Source: Truepera sp.
GTDB lineage: Bacteria > Deinococcota > Deinococci > Deinococcales > Trueperaceae
Assembly (NCBI GenBank): GCA_965218435.1
Contig: CBDCKW010000009.1
Coordinates: 2,304,001 to 2,368,000 of the forward strand
Length of the DNA: 64,000 bases
Reading direction: 5' to 3'
Below the pieces are notes generated by a model. It saw only the letters and a program-made list of their open reading frames with translations, ran no database searches and had not been told where the DNA came from. Each line of letters starts with the position of its first letter. Positions within the stretch are counted from its first letter, which is position 1. Made by a program: the position numbers and the translations under genes. Positions 19,274 to 29,765 of this stretch are shown here, in pieces.

Positions 19274-21055
19274 GTGAGCTATCCCTATCTCGGCGCAACC
19301 TTTGAAGACGGCGGGGTCCGTTTTCGCGCCATATCCCCCACCGCAGGGCGGATGGAAGTCGTCGTTGACGGCAAGACCCACCCGCTCGAAAAAACCGGCG
19401 ACGCCACCTTTGAAACGTTCGTTCCGGAGGTGCAGGCGGGCGCACGCTATCACCTCTTAAAAGACGGTTTGAGGATGCCCGATCCGGCCTCGAGGTTTCA
19501 ACCTGAAGGCGTCCACGGTCCGTCTGAAGTTATCAACCCGCACACTTACGAATGGCACGACGAAAGTTGGCGCGGCGTTCCGCAGCAAGACCTGGTATTT
19601 TACGAGCTGCACGTCGGCACCTTTACCCCGGAAGGCACCTACCGCGCCGCGCAAGAGAAGCTCCCGTATCTCAAAAACCTTGGCATTACCGCCGTCGAAG
19701 TGATGCCCCTCGCCGCCTTTCCCGGTGAACGCAACTGGGGCTACGACCCCGCCGCGCAGTACGCGCCCGCGCACCCTTACGGTCACCCGGATGAGCTGCG
19801 CGCTTTCGTTGACGCGGCGCACGAGACCGGTTTGGCGGTTTACTTAGACGTGGTGTACAACCACTTCGGGCCGGACGGCGCGTACGTGGTCGGCCTCAAC
19901 CCGCAGATGTTTACCGAGCACCATCACACGCCCTGGGGTCAGGCCATCAATTTGGACGACACCGGTTCTGAACACGTGCGGCAGTTTTTTTTAGAAAACG
20001 CCGTGCATTGGCTCCGCGAATACCACTTCGACGGCTTCCGGCTCGACGCGGTGTTTGCGCTCGTAGACGATTCGCCGAAGCACTTCTTAAAAGAACTCGC
20101 CGAAGTTGTCGCCGAGGTCAGCAAAGAGACCGGTCTGACGCGCTATCTGATCGCCGAAGACCCGCGCAACTTCCGTGACCTGGTAATGCCACAAGAGGGG
20201 GGCGGCTACGGTTTAGACGGCGTCTGGGCTGACGACTTTCACCACGAGGTGCGGGTCAATCTGGCGGGTGATCACCACGCGTATTATCAAGACTTTACGG
20301 GCTCCCCGGCGGATATTGCGAAAACGCTCGAGCAAGGCTGGTTTTTTACCGGTCAGGCGTCCAAAAATCAAGGTGAAGCACGCGGCACACCCACGGATGG
20401 CCTCATTCCCGAGAACTTCGTCATCTGCATTCAGAACCACGACCAGATCGGTAACCGGCCCAGGGGCAACCGCCTCAGCGACGAGATTCCGCTGTCAGCC
20501 TACCGCGCCGCGAGTGCGCTGCTACTTTTCGCCCCGCAACTGCCCCTGCTGTTTCAAGGGCAAGAATGGGCGACGACAACGCCGTTTATCTACTTTACCG
20601 ACCACAACCCCGACCTCGGCAAGTTGGTCAGCAAGGGGCGCAAAGAAGAGTTTAAGGACTTCCCCGATTTTCAGGGCGACGTCCCCGACCCGCAAGACCC
20701 GGCGAGTTTTGAAAAGAGCAAGTTGTTGTGGGCTGAGCCCGAAGAACCCGAGCACGCTGGGGTTTTGCGGCTTTACAAAGACCTGTTGGCGCTCCGCCGT
20801 GACCTTTCCGATCCTATCGAAACCCTCGAGACGACCGATACCGGTTTGGTTTTACGGCGCGGCGCACACCTCCTCTACGTCGCGTTAAGAGAAAACACCA
20901 CGCTGCCTCTGGTAAGCGACTTTGAAACGCAGCTGATGACCGAAGCGCCCGCCTACGCCGAAGGCGGCAGCGAACCCGACTTCTCGGACGACACCGTAAC
21001 CTTTGCGACCCCCGGGGCCTTTATCGCGGTGACCCCGCCGGAGGAACCTTCGTGA
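19274..21055 (+). CDS. treZ: Malto-oligosyltrehalose trehalohydrolase
   Basis: PDPASRFQPEGVHGPS, YELHVGTFT, NWGYD, GFRLDA, QNHDQIGNR; AAGGAG SD before GTG 19274. Confidence 0.95.
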   Translation: MSYPYLGATFEDGGVRFRAISPTAGRMEVVVDGKTHPLEKTGDATFETFVPEVQAGARYHLLKDGLRMPDPASRFQPEGVHGPSEVINPHTYEWHDESWRGVPQQDLVFYELHVGTFTPEGTYRAAQEKLPYLKNLGITAVEVMPLAAFPGERNWGYDPAAQYAPAHPYGHPDELRAFVDAAHETGLAVYLDVVYNHFGPDGAYVVGLNPQMFTEHHHTPWGQAINLDDTGSEHVRQFFLENAVHWLREYHFDGFRLDAVFALVDDSPKHFLKELAEVVAEVSKETGLTRYLIAEDPRNFRDLVMPQEGGGYGLDGVWADDFHHEVRVNLAGDHHAYYQDFTGSPADIAKTLEQGWFFTGQASKNQGEARGTPTDGLIPENFVICIQNHDQIGNRPRGNRLSDEIPLSAYRAASALLLFAPQLPLLFQGQEWATTTPFIYFTDHNPDLGKLVSKGRKEEFKDFPDFQGDVPDPQDPASFEKSKLLWAEPEEPEHAGVLRLYKDLLALRRDLSDPIETLETTDTGLVLRRGAHLLYVALRENTTLPLVSDFETQLMTEAPAYAEGGSEPDFSDDTVTFATPGAFIAVTPPEEPS

Positions 21056-23715
21056 ACGCGACCTACCGTTTGCAGCTGACGCCGGACTTTACCTTTGCCG
21101 ACGTAGAGCGGCTGCTCCCGTACTTCGACAAGCTCGGGGTGTCGCATCTCTATTTGTCACCGATTACCGAAGCGCGGCTCGGCAGCACCCACGGTTACGA
21201 CGTGATTGACCATAACCGCGTCCGTGAAGCGTTCGGCGGGCGTGAAGGCTTGGACGCGCTGATGGCGGCGGCTAAAACGCACAACCTCAAACTCCTCGTT
21301 GATTTTGTGCCGAACCACGCAGGCGTCGCGCCGCGCAACGCTTTTTGGAACGACGTGCTGGCCTACGGCCCCTACTCGCCCTACGCCGGGTTTTTCGATA
21401 TTGACTGGCACCCCTTAAAACTCGAGCTGGCCGATAAGGTGCTCCTTCCCTCGCTCGGGAGCCCTTACGGGGAGATTTTAGACAGCGGCGAGTTAGGCTT
21501 TCTCTATCTGGACGGACGCTTTTATGTGACCTATTACGACTCGAGGTTTGCCCTTAATCCGGCGAGCTATCCGGTTATCTTAGAGCGGCTACTACCTAAA
21601 TTTGAACGAAGCGATGTTTACTTCGACCTCAAGGATTTACTCGACGCGTATACCGAACTACAGCCCACCGAGGTGGAAAAAGCTGAAGCCCTCCGGGTCC
21701 GGCTCTCAGCCCTCGCTGAACAGCTCAAGCTGGGTGAGTTGGAGTTGCCGGTCTTAGAGCCCGCCGAGATGCACGCCCTCTTGGAGCGGCAGTTCTGGCG
21801 GCTGGCGCACTGGCAGACGGCCGGGTACGACATCAACTACCGCCGGTTTTTCGACATCAACGAACTCGTCGCGTTGCATATGGAGACGCCGGATGTATTC
21901 TGGACAGCGCACAAACTCTTGGGCGAGCTGGCCTTAGATGAGACGCTCGAGGGTGTCCGCATTGACCACATTGACGGGCTGTTCGACCCGCAGGGCTACT
22001 TGGACAACCTCAAAGCCCTCGGCGTCAAAAAGGCGTGGGTCGAAAAGATTTTGGCGGCGGGCGAAGTCTTGCCCGAAGCCTGGATTACCGAGGGCACCTC
22101 GGGGTACGAGTTTATGAACGACGTTTTGGGTGTACTCGTCCAGCCGAGCGGTGAAGACCCGCTCTTAAAGACCTACCGCCGGTTTTTGGGTACCGTCAAG
22201 CCTTACGAAGATGAGGTTCACGACGCCAAGCTGTTGGTGATGGAGACGAGTTTGGCGGGCGAGTTGGTCCGGCTGTCAACCGAGTTGGAGCGCCTCGCGG
22301 CAGCCGACTATCACACCCGCGACTTTACGTTGCAGGCGCTGCAAGACGCCCTCGCGGAGATTATCGCGGCGTTTCCGCGTTACCGCACCTATCTGCCACA
22401 CGGCGCGGACGAGGCCAAGACGATCGTCGGCGAGGCGGTCGAGGCGGCCAAACGGCGCAATCCAGCGACCGAAAAGTCAGTGTATGACTTTATCCAAAGC
22501 TGCTTGCTGACGGAGCAAGAAGGTGAGCTCGAGCTCGCCCGCCTCGCTTTTGTCGGACGCTTTCAGCAGTACACCGCGCCGGTGACGGCGAAGGGGCTCG
22601 AGGACACCACCTTTTACCGTTATCTGCCGTTTGCCGCTCGCAACGAGGTTGGCGGCGAACCCGAACGCTTTTCGACCGAACTGCACGCCTTTCACGCCCG
22701 CGCCCGTTTCCGCGCCTACCGCTACCCGGAAAACCTGTTAGCGACCGCCACGCACGACCACAAACGCGGCGAAGACACCCGGATGCGCCTCGCTACGCTC
22801 TCAGAAATCCCCGAGCTGTGGGAAGAGACGGTCACCAAACTGCACGAACGCGCCTCGGAACTTCAGCGCCTGTCAACGACCGGAACCCCGTTTTCGTCTC
22901 AACTCAACGGTAGCGACGTCTACTTGATGTATCAGCTGTTAGGGGCGCTCCTCAAAGGTGAAACGCCTGAAGGACTTCAAGAACGCCTGCTGCCGTACAT
23001 GGAAAAAGCGATGCGCGAGGCGAAACTGCGCACCTCGTGGCTCAACCCGAACAGCGATTATGAAGATGCAGTTAAGGGGCTGCTCGAGCAAATCCTCGCT
23101 GACGACACCGCGCTAGGTATTTTGGAGCCGCTCGCCTCGGAGATGGCGCGGCTTGGCTTTTACAACACGCTCGCGCAGACCATCATCAAACTCACGACGC
23201 CAGGCGTGCCTGACTTTTATCAGGGAACAGAGTTTTTAGACCTCTCTTTGGTTGACCCCGACAACCGCCGCCCGGTGGACTACGAGGCCAGAGGGGAACT
23301 AATTGATAGGCTCGAGCCCCTCATCGCCGATCCCGACGCTGAGACGCTGCAAGGTTGGTTAGAGGCGCAAGACCCACAGGCTAAAATGTACCTGACGACG
23401 CGCCTGCTGCGGATTCGGCGCGAGCATCCCGAACTGTTTGCCGGAGAGTACCGCGACCTGAACGCCGAAGGCGACGGGAGCGAGCACGTCATCGCCTACA
23501 CCCGCGAAGGGGGGGGCGCTGCGCTTTTGACCTTCGTCACCCGGTTTCCCAAAACGGCTGAGAGCACCGATCTAAGCAAGGTTAAGGCAGAGCTACCTGA
23601 ACAGTTACGGGGCAAAACGTGGCTCGAGCTGTTCTCTGGCCGGGAGTTTACCCAAGACACCTTTTCACCGACCGACTTTCCCCTACCTTTTGCGGTTTTG
23701 CTGTCAACGTCGTAA
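21052..23715 (+). CDS. treY: Malto-oligosyltrehalose synthase
   Basis: ATYRLQL, GSTHGYDV, NYRRFFD, RIDHIDGL, ATHDHKRGED, SLVDPDNRRPVDY. Confidence 0.96.
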   Translation: MNATYRLQLTPDFTFADVERLLPYFDKLGVSHLYLSPITEARLGSTHGYDVIDHNRVREAFGGREGLDALMAAAKTHNLKLLVDFVPNHAGVAPRNAFWNDVLAYGPYSPYAGFFDIDWHPLKLELADKVLLPSLGSPYGEILDSGELGFLYLDGRFYVTYYDSRFALNPASYPVILERLLPKFERSDVYFDLKDLLDAYTELQPTEVEKAEALRVRLSALAEQLKLGELELPVLEPAEMHALLERQFWRLAHWQTAGYDINYRRFFDINELVALHMETPDVFWTAHKLLGELALDETLEGVRIDHIDGLFDPQGYLDNLKALGVKKAWVEKILAAGEVLPEAWITEGTSGYEFMNDVLGVLVQPSGEDPLLKTYRRFLGTVKPYEDEVHDAKLLVMETSLAGELVRLSTELERLAAADYHTRDFTLQALQDALAEIIAAFPRYRTYLPHGADEAKTIVGEAVEAAKRRNPATEKSVYDFIQSCLLTEQEGELELARLAFVGRFQQYTAPVTAKGLEDTTFYRYLPFAARNEVGGEPERFSTELHAFHARARFRAYRYPENLLATATHDHKRGEDTRMRLATLSEIPELWEETVTKLHERASELQRLSTTGTPFSSQLNGSDVYLMYQLLGALLKGETPEGLQERLLPYMEKAMREAKLRTSWLNPNSDYEDAVKGLLEQILADDTALGILEPLASEMARLGFYNTLAQTIIKLTTPGVPDFYQGTEFLDLSLVDPDNRRPVDYEARGELIDRLEPLIADPDAETLQGWLEAQDPQAKMYLTTRLLRIRREHPELFAGEYRDLNAEGDGSEHVIAYTREGGGAALLTFVTRFPKTAESTDLSKVKAELPEQLRGKTWLELFSGREFTQDTFSPTDFPLPFAVLLSTS

Positions 23716-23782
23716 AACATGAGCAGCGCCGGAGCTTAAATCTGGCGCTGTTATCTCGAGCATGGATATCTTTTTTTTACTC

Positions 23783-24796
23783 CTACTTTCTACTGAGCGC
23801 CGTGTCTACGGCGTAAGCCCTCTCTACCGTGCCACCTGGAACAAAGTTCGCCATCAGGTAGTGTAACGACTCACGTCGGTCTTCATCACCGCCGGGTTGA
23901 GTCAGTTCGTCACAGTAGACGGCAACGTCTTGAACGATTCGTTCAAAGCGGTAGTACGCCAGTGCTGTAGAGTCCAGGGGCACCTGACCGTACCCCCGGT
24001 AAAATAGCCTCTCTTCTTCTGAAGGCGTGCAACCCGCAAACCCTTGTGCGCCTCCAACGAACATCAGATCGCGCTCTTTGGGTGCGAGAATAGGGTCATC
24101 CCAGTCAACGATATAAAAGTGGTGGTTGCTCCCAAACAAAAGGTTGCCCGCGTGAAGGTCGGCGTGGCACACCACCAGCTCGAGTTCACGCTTTTGTAGG
24201 GTTTGGGCAAGGCGTTCGGCGTGCCCAACAAGCTCGAGCAGTTCGGCCCGTTTAGCCTTCATAAAAGCTGCCGTCTTTGCAGCGATGGGATCAGCGAAGG
24301 TGGTGTGCTCGAGGCGGGCTAAAAACCGCCTGACCGCTGTTCGTCCGTCAGCCTCAAAGGTTTCACGCCGAACTCTACGCAACAAGGGTGGCGGTAGCCT
24401 CAGCGTATGGAGACGCCTCAGCGCAGCACCAAAGTCGTGCCAGTTTTGCTCGGTCAAGCTCACCGCGTAGCCGCTCTGCCCGGTGACAAATGGATAAAGA
24501 ATGACAGTAAAGGCGTCCAGGGTAGTCCAAAGCAGCTCGGTTTTGGTCTGTAGCGGCGAGATGATGTGCTCGACGCCGTGCCCTCTCAGGTAATGAGGCA
24601 GTGTTACAGACGCCTCGTCAAAAGTTCCACGTCTGAGTTTTACAAAATAGGACTGGTCATCAGTCACGGCGCGGTAGACCGCTGTGTTAGGGTCCGCCCC
24701 AAGTGCAAGAAACGCAACCCGAACGACGTGCAACCCGTAGCTACGGCGTAGCTGCGTGATAAGCACCTCGTCCTCGAGGTTAGGTTTTTCGAGCAT
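23783..24796 (-). CDS. Aminoglycoside-phosphotransferase-family protein (APH(9)-like)
   Basis: LGADPN, YFVKLR, CHADLHAGNL, IVDWDD..APKERDLMF; start at ATG 24796. Confidence 0.82.
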   Translation of the reverse strand: MLEKPNLEDEVLITQLRRSYGLHVVRVAFLALGADPNTAVYRAVTDDQSYFVKLRRGTFDEASVTLPHYLRGHGVEHIISPLQTKTELLWTTLDAFTVILYPFVTGQSGYAVSLTEQNWHDFGAALRRLHTLRLPPPLLRRVRRETFEADGRTAVRRFLARLEHTTFADPIAAKTAAFMKAKRAELLELVGHAERLAQTLQKRELELVVCHADLHAGNLLFGSNHHFYIVDWDDPILAPKERDLMFVGGAQGFAGCTPSEEERLFYRGYGQVPLDSTALAYYRFERIVQDVAVYCDELTQPGGDEDRRESLHYLMANFVPGGTVERAYAVDTALSRK

Positions 24797-24939
24797 CGTC
24801 GCACGCTCCAAAGTGCTTTCTTAAGTTGGCGGTAACCATCCGTAAATGAGAACCGTAGAACCGTTTTAGAAGGTGAGTCGCTGCCCAGGACATGAAAGAG
24901 GATGTCAACCCAGTCAAATACGGCGACGATACCCCCGAA

Positions 24940-25161
24940 CTACTGCGTGACCAAGTCCATCGCCTCTTGCAGCACGTCTCTCGAGGCGAATTTCACCTTA
25001 TCGGTACTCATATTTTGGGCTTTAGCGACGAGCTTGACCACTTCGTCGTAGGCGCGCGTGTACGCTTCGGACGCGCCGGACCTTTTAAGCCAGGTTTTAT
25101 ATTGCGGGCGGATTTTGGCCGCGACGGTTTTGCTAAGTTTTTTCTCCTGGTCATCCATCAC
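24940..25161 (-). CDS. Small hypothetical protein (73 aa)
   Basis: AAGGAG SD before GTG/ATG; helical, charged composition. Confidence 0.6.
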   Translation of the reverse strand: MMDDQEKKLSKTVAAKIRPQYKTWLKRSGASEAYTRAYDEVVKLVAKAQNMSTDKVKFASRDVLQEAMDLVTQ

Positions 25162-25381
25162 GGCTCCTTTATACAGCTTGATCTCTACCTCAACGCTCGT
25201 CGCCTGACCTGCCGGTTATAAAACCACTTAAAAGACGTTTGCGACGAGCGTTTGGGATTAGTTAGCTACAGCGGCTCGAGGTCACTGTAGCATATCTAAA
25301 AAACGATTCTGGAGGTCTAAAGCTTCCGAGCTTCACCTCGAGTCGTCCGGATTAAACCCTGTCATTGGTTGTAGCTAAAAA

Positions 25382-27505
25382 CTATTGCGGCTTGACCCCA
25401 CGCAGCACTGAAATCTGCCCCGCCGGTAAGACCAGGCTGCTGCCGGCGTAAAGCGGGCGTGAGCGCCGCACGCGGCCCGGTTCAGTCGCCCAAAGCCGCT
25501 CCCAGAGCCACCCCGGATGTGCGGGTACGTCGGGCAAGATAAAACGCGTGGGCCGTTTGCCGTGAAAGAGCACCAGGTAGCTCTCGTCGGCGGGGCGCTC
25601 ACCCATGCTGTACGGCAGTTCTGAAGAGGCTGCGCCGCATAAGAGCATTCCAAACGCACGCAACCTCGGGTCGTGCCAATCACCGCCGTCCATCTCGCGG
25701 CCTTCCGGGTGAATCCAGGCCACGTCGCGGCAGCCCTCGTCACCCCGGCCGGTTAAGAAGCTGCGGCGGCGAAAGATCGGGTGCGCTCTGCGAAACGCGA
25801 TAACGTCACGCGTAAAGTTTAAGAACCGCTGTTCGCGTTCGTCTAAATCCCAATTAAACCAACTAATTTCGTTGTCTTGGCAATAGGCATTGTTCGAGCC
25901 GCCTTGGGTGCGTGAGAGTTCGTCGCCGCCTAAGAGCATCGGGACACCTTGCGACAACAAGAGCGTCGCTAAAAAGGTGCGTTTGCGCGTCTCACGGTTG
26001 GTCAGCACCGCCGCGTCATCGGTCTCGCCCTCGACACCGCCGTTATACGAGTTGTTGTGGTCTTCGCCGTCGCGGTTGCCTTCACCGTTCGCTTCGTTGT
26101 GTTTTGCGTTGTATGAGACCAAATCCTGCAAGGTAAAGCCGTCGTGCGCGGTAATGAAGTTAATTGATGCCGACGGATGCCGCCCGTCATGGGCGTAGAG
26201 GTCGCTGCTCCCGGTCACGCGCGTGACAAACTCGGCGGTGAGCCCCTCGCCCCCGTTCCAAAACGACCGGATGGTATCGCGGTAACGCCCGTTCCACTCC
26301 GACCAGTTCCAGGGGAAGCCGCCGACCTGGTAGCCGTTCGGTCCCACATCCCAGGGTTCAGCGATCAGCTTGACCTGTGACAACACCGGGTCTTGCTCGA
26401 TGGCTTGGAGCGCGAGTGAATGCATATTGACGTCGTCCATACCGCGAGCGAGCGATGAGGCCAAATCAAAGCGGAAGCCGTCCACATGCATCTCTTGGGT
26501 CCAGTAACGGAGCGAATCGGTTAAGAGCCGAACGACGGCGGGTTGGGTGGCGTCTAACGTATTGCCGGTACCGGTATAGTCCATGTAGTAGCGGCGCTCA
26601 TCCGGGTTGGTTTTGTAGTACGAGACGTTATCAATGCCTTTGTACGAGAGCGTCGGCCCCATGCGGTTGCCTTCGCCGGTATGGTTATAAACCACGTCGA
26701 TAATGACCTCGAGCCCCGCGTTATGCAGCGCCCGGACCATCATCTTAAACTCGTCTACCGCGCGTTCTGGCCGGGTGGCGTAACTCGGTTCGGGGGCAAA
26801 ATAAGCCAGCGGGTTGTACCCCCAATAGTTCGACAAGCCTTTTTCAACTAGATAGTGGTCGTTGGTAAACATCTGTACGGGTAACAGCTCGACGGTCGTC
26901 ACCCCAAGCGAGACGAGGTGCGACAAAATCGGGTCGGAGACCAATCCCAAGTAGGTACCGCGCAGACGTGGGTCAACGTCCGGGTGAAGCTCGCTGATAC
27001 CCTTGACGTGCGTTTCGTAGACCACGGTCTTGTCCCAAGGGATTTGCGGACGGCGGTCGTGGCCCCAAGCAAAAGCGTCCTCGACGATGCGGCCCAGAGG
27101 CGCAAAAGGCGCACTGTCGGCGTCGCTAAACGACGTGTCTTCGGCAGGGTCACCGATTTTATAGCCAAAAAGCGAGGTGTCCCATTCCGGCGTGCGGCCA
27201 ATCGCCTTGGCGTAGGGGTCGAGCAGTACCTTATTCGGATTAAAGCGGTGACCGTTTTCCGGCTCAAAGGGACCGTGAACCCGGTAGCCGTAGAGCTGCC
27301 CCGGATAAACACCTTTAAGGTAACCGTGCCAGACCGGGCCGGTACGTTCGGGGAGCTCGAGCGTGGCTGAAGCTTGCCGGTCGTCGGGCTCAGCAAAAAA
27401 AAGCAGTTCGACTTGGGTCGCGTGCTCACTGTAAAGGGCAAAGTTGACGCCGAGGCCGTCCCACGTTGCGCCCAGCGGATAAGGGGTTCCGGGTCTTAGA
27501 TTCAC
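25382..27505 (-). CDS. glgX: Glycogen debranching enzyme GlgX/TreX
   Basis: [50 protein letters not shown]. Confidence 0.96.
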   Translation of the reverse strand: MNLRPGTPYPLGATWDGLGVNFALYSEHATQVELLFFAEPDDRQASATLELPERTGPVWHGYLKGVYPGQLYGYRVHGPFEPENGHRFNPNKVLLDPYAKAIGRTPEWDTSLFGYKIGDPAEDTSFSDADSAPFAPLGRIVEDAFAWGHDRRPQIPWDKTVVYETHVKGISELHPDVDPRLRGTYLGLVSDPILSHLVSLGVTTVELLPVQMFTNDHYLVEKGLSNYWGYNPLAYFAPEPSYATRPERAVDEFKMMVRALHNAGLEVIIDVVYNHTGEGNRMGPTLSYKGIDNVSYYKTNPDERRYYMDYTGTGNTLDATQPAVVRLLTDSLRYWTQEMHVDGFRFDLASSLARGMDDVNMHSLALQAIEQDPVLSQVKLIAEPWDVGPNGYQVGGFPWNWSEWNGRYRDTIRSFWNGGEGLTAEFVTRVTGSSDLYAHDGRHPSASINFITAHDGFTLQDLVSYNAKHNEANGEGNRDGEDHNNSYNGGVEGETDDAAVLTNRETRKRTFLATLLLSQGVPMLLGGDELSRTQGGSNNAYCQDNEISWFNWDLDEREQRFLNFTRDVIAFRRAHPIFRRRSFLTGRGDEGCRDVAWIHPEGREMDGGDWHDPRLRAFGMLLCGAASSELPYSMGERPADESYLVLFHGKRPTRFILPDVPAHPGWLWERLWATEPGRVRRSRPLYAGSSLVLPAGQISVLRGVKPQ

Positions 27506-27765
27506 CCCGCCACTCTAACGTAAGCTGAGACCTGCCGATTGTGATACGGCTTCTCATGAAGTCTTTCAAACCTACTCGGCTATAGGCGTAAAGCTCAGCG
27601 CCTCGCGCGGTCTTTCGGCTCGGGGTCAAGTTGCCGTTCCAAACAGTTGATTCCTGATTTTTTGAGAGCTTGGGCCGGCGCACTTACGGGCACGTATAAC
27701 TCCGGCAACTACCAGAAAACTTGCCCCGGTCTCATCTAACTTTCAGCTTTTCTCTCTCAGTACGC

Positions 27766-27794
27766 TTGTACTTTACAAACGTGGTCTTTATAAT
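27766..27794 (+). promoter_or_regulatory. Sigma70-type promoter upstream of the MarR gene
   Basis: TTGTAC-17 nt-TATAAT. Confidence 0.65.
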
Positions 27795-27855
27795 GGGTCA
27801 GTTTACCCGGAAGTAGCTTTGAACGCTGCAGTAAGAGGGCGGCCGCGCAGAGCTT

Positions 27856-28377
27856 ATGTTTAGATTAGGGGTCACTGATGTCACTATTTACGCCGTACGG
27901 AATACGTTAATGCAAACATTGTCCGGCAAAGCCCCAAGCCAAGCCAAAGTTGCCCTGCTTGATGAATTTGGGAGTTACGCGCTCCAGCTGATGTGGGTTT
28001 TGCGGCAAGACGCAGCTCAGGCGTTTAGCCCCTTGGGGTTTCGCACCGTGCGGGCGCTGCTGCTCGAGTTCGTCGGCCGCGGCCACACCCAACCTAAAGA
28101 GCTCGCCGAGCTTTTAGGGGTCGTGCCGCCAGCCGTATCAACGATGATTGCCGAGCTTACCGAACGCGGCTTTTTAGCCCGCGAAGGCCATCCTAAAGAC
28201 GGCCGCCGCGTCCAGCTGAGCCTGACCGAAGCCGGTCAGCGGGCGCGCACGCAGCTCCGCGACGCCTGGAGCAAAACAGGACTCAGGCGCTTGGGTAGCT
28301 TTTCCGATGAGGAACTCGAGACCTTTGTCGGTCTCTGCCGTAAACTACTCGCCGAGCAGATAGAAGCTAAAAGCTAA
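27856..28377 (+). CDS. MarR family transcriptional regulator (start uncertain)
   Basis: PKELAELLGV.PPAVSTMI..L..RGFL.R..DGRRV.LSLTEAG. Confidence 0.88.
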   Translation: MFRLGVTDVTIYAVRNTLMQTLSGKAPSQAKVALLDEFGSYALQLMWVLRQDAAQAFSPLGFRTVRALLLEFVGRGHTQPKELAELLGVVPPAVSTMIAELTERGFLAREGHPKDGRRVQLSLTEAGQRARTQLRDAWSKTGLRRLGSFSDEELETFVGLCRKLLAEQIEAKS

Positions 28378-28486
28378 GCCATAATTTAGCTTTGCGCCTT
28401 GGCTCTACGCAGAGCAACGTCCACAGTGTTTGAGGCGCAAAGACGACTTTTAGACTGAGCAGGTAGCTGTCTCGTTCAGCTTAGCC

Positions 28487-28521
28487 AAACCCCTAACGGC
28501 TTAGGTCGGTTAGGGGTTTTT
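28487..28521. terminator. Bidirectional intrinsic terminator
   Basis: AAACCCCTAAC..GTTAGGGGTTTTT between the convergent marR and galK genes. Confidence 0.75.
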
Positions 28522-28536
28522 GGAGCGGCGGCTAGC

Positions 28537-29676
28537 TCAAGCTCTGTACACCACTGACGCGCCCGCTGCACCGTGACAGACGTAAAGGGTGGGCTCGAGT
28601 CCGGTCGCCTCCCGATACGCCGCCGCCACAGCTTCGTTAAAACCGTCTACAGCGTCTTCCCGGACGAGCGCAACGGCGCACCCGGCAAAGCCGCCGCCGG
28701 TCATCCGCGCCCCGTAACACGCCGCCTCAGCCTGCGCAAGCGCCACCATCTGATCGAGTTCGGGTGAGGAAATCTCAAAATCATCGCGCATCGAGGTGTG
28801 GCTCTCGCTCATCAACCTCCCCAACATCTCGGCGTCACTCCGCCCCATCGCCTCGGCTGCCGCGACCGTCCGGTCATTTTCGGTGATGATGTGGCGGGCG
28901 CGGCGGCGGGCCGGTTCGGGCAATTCGGCTTCGCGTGAGCGAAACTGCGTTTCGCTTACGTCACGTAAAGCAGGAACGCCGAAAAAGGCGGCGGCTTCTT
29001 CACACTGGCGGCGGCGGTCGTTGTAACCCGAATCTACGTGGCTGTGCCGCGTGGCCGTGTCCATTACGACGATAGCGGTGCCCGTCGGAACCGGAACCGG
29101 AGTTGTTGCCAGCGTGCGGCAGTCAATGAGCAGCGCCGAGCCCACCTCACCACACGCCGAGATGAGCTGATCCATAATGCCGGTCTGCGCGCCGACCCAC
29201 TCGTTTTCGGCGCACTGCGCGAGCCGCGCCATCCGTTTGGGCTCCCAGGCAAAATCCGACGCGACCGAAAACGCCTGCATAATGGCAAGCTCTAACGCTG
29301 CCGACGACGACAACCCCGCCCCACCCGGTACGTCGCTCGCCAACACGCCCTCCCAGCCTGACAGCGTGTAGCCGTTTTGTTGCAACGCCCACGCAACCCC
29401 CTTCAGGTATTCAGCCCAGCCCTGACCTTTTTGCAACTTGCTGAGGTCGAAAGTCGTTTCACTACGCCCTAGTGACACAGCGACGACTTTTGTGTCATCA
29501 CGGCGGCGGAGCGCGAGGTAAGTGGCACGCTCTAAGGCCAGCGGCAAGACAAAGCCGTCATTGTAGTCGGTGTGTTCGCCGATCAGATTGACCCGGCCCG
29601 GTGCCTGCACCACCGCTTCTGGTTCGGTTCCAAAACGTTCTCTAAAAGCCTCTGTCACCTTAGCCGTTAAATCCAT
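28537..29676 (-). CDS. galK: Galactokinase
   Basis: APGRVNLIGEHTDYNDG, GAGLSSSAALE, GIMDQ, GARMTGGGFAG; start at ATG 29676. Confidence 0.96.
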   Translation of the reverse strand: MDLTAKVTEAFRERFGTEPEAVVQAPGRVNLIGEHTDYNDGFVLPLALERATYLALRRRDDTKVVAVSLGRSETTFDLSKLQKGQGWAEYLKGVAWALQQNGYTLSGWEGVLASDVPGGAGLSSSAALELAIMQAFSVASDFAWEPKRMARLAQCAENEWVGAQTGIMDQLISACGEVGSALLIDCRTLATTPVPVPTGTAIVVMDTATRHSHVDSGYNDRRRQCEEAAAFFGVPALRDVSETQFRSREAELPEPARRRARHIITENDRTVAAAEAMGRSDAEMLGRLMSESHTSMRDDFEISSPELDQMVALAQAEAACYGARMTGGGFAGCAVALVREDAVDGFNEAVAAAYREATGLEPTLYVCHGAAGASVVYRA

Positions 29677-29765
29677 AAGCCTTACTCTACCGTCTCGAGC
29701 CGTCAAAATAGCATTGAGGTTTTACGCCTCGTAGCTGTGCCTGAATACCGGCAATCAGCTTTACT

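Noticed and set aside
23783..24796. Calling the APH-like, Tet-like MFS or GNAT genes antibiotic-resistance determinants
   Set aside because: Family motifs alone do not establish substrate, and there is no mobile context.
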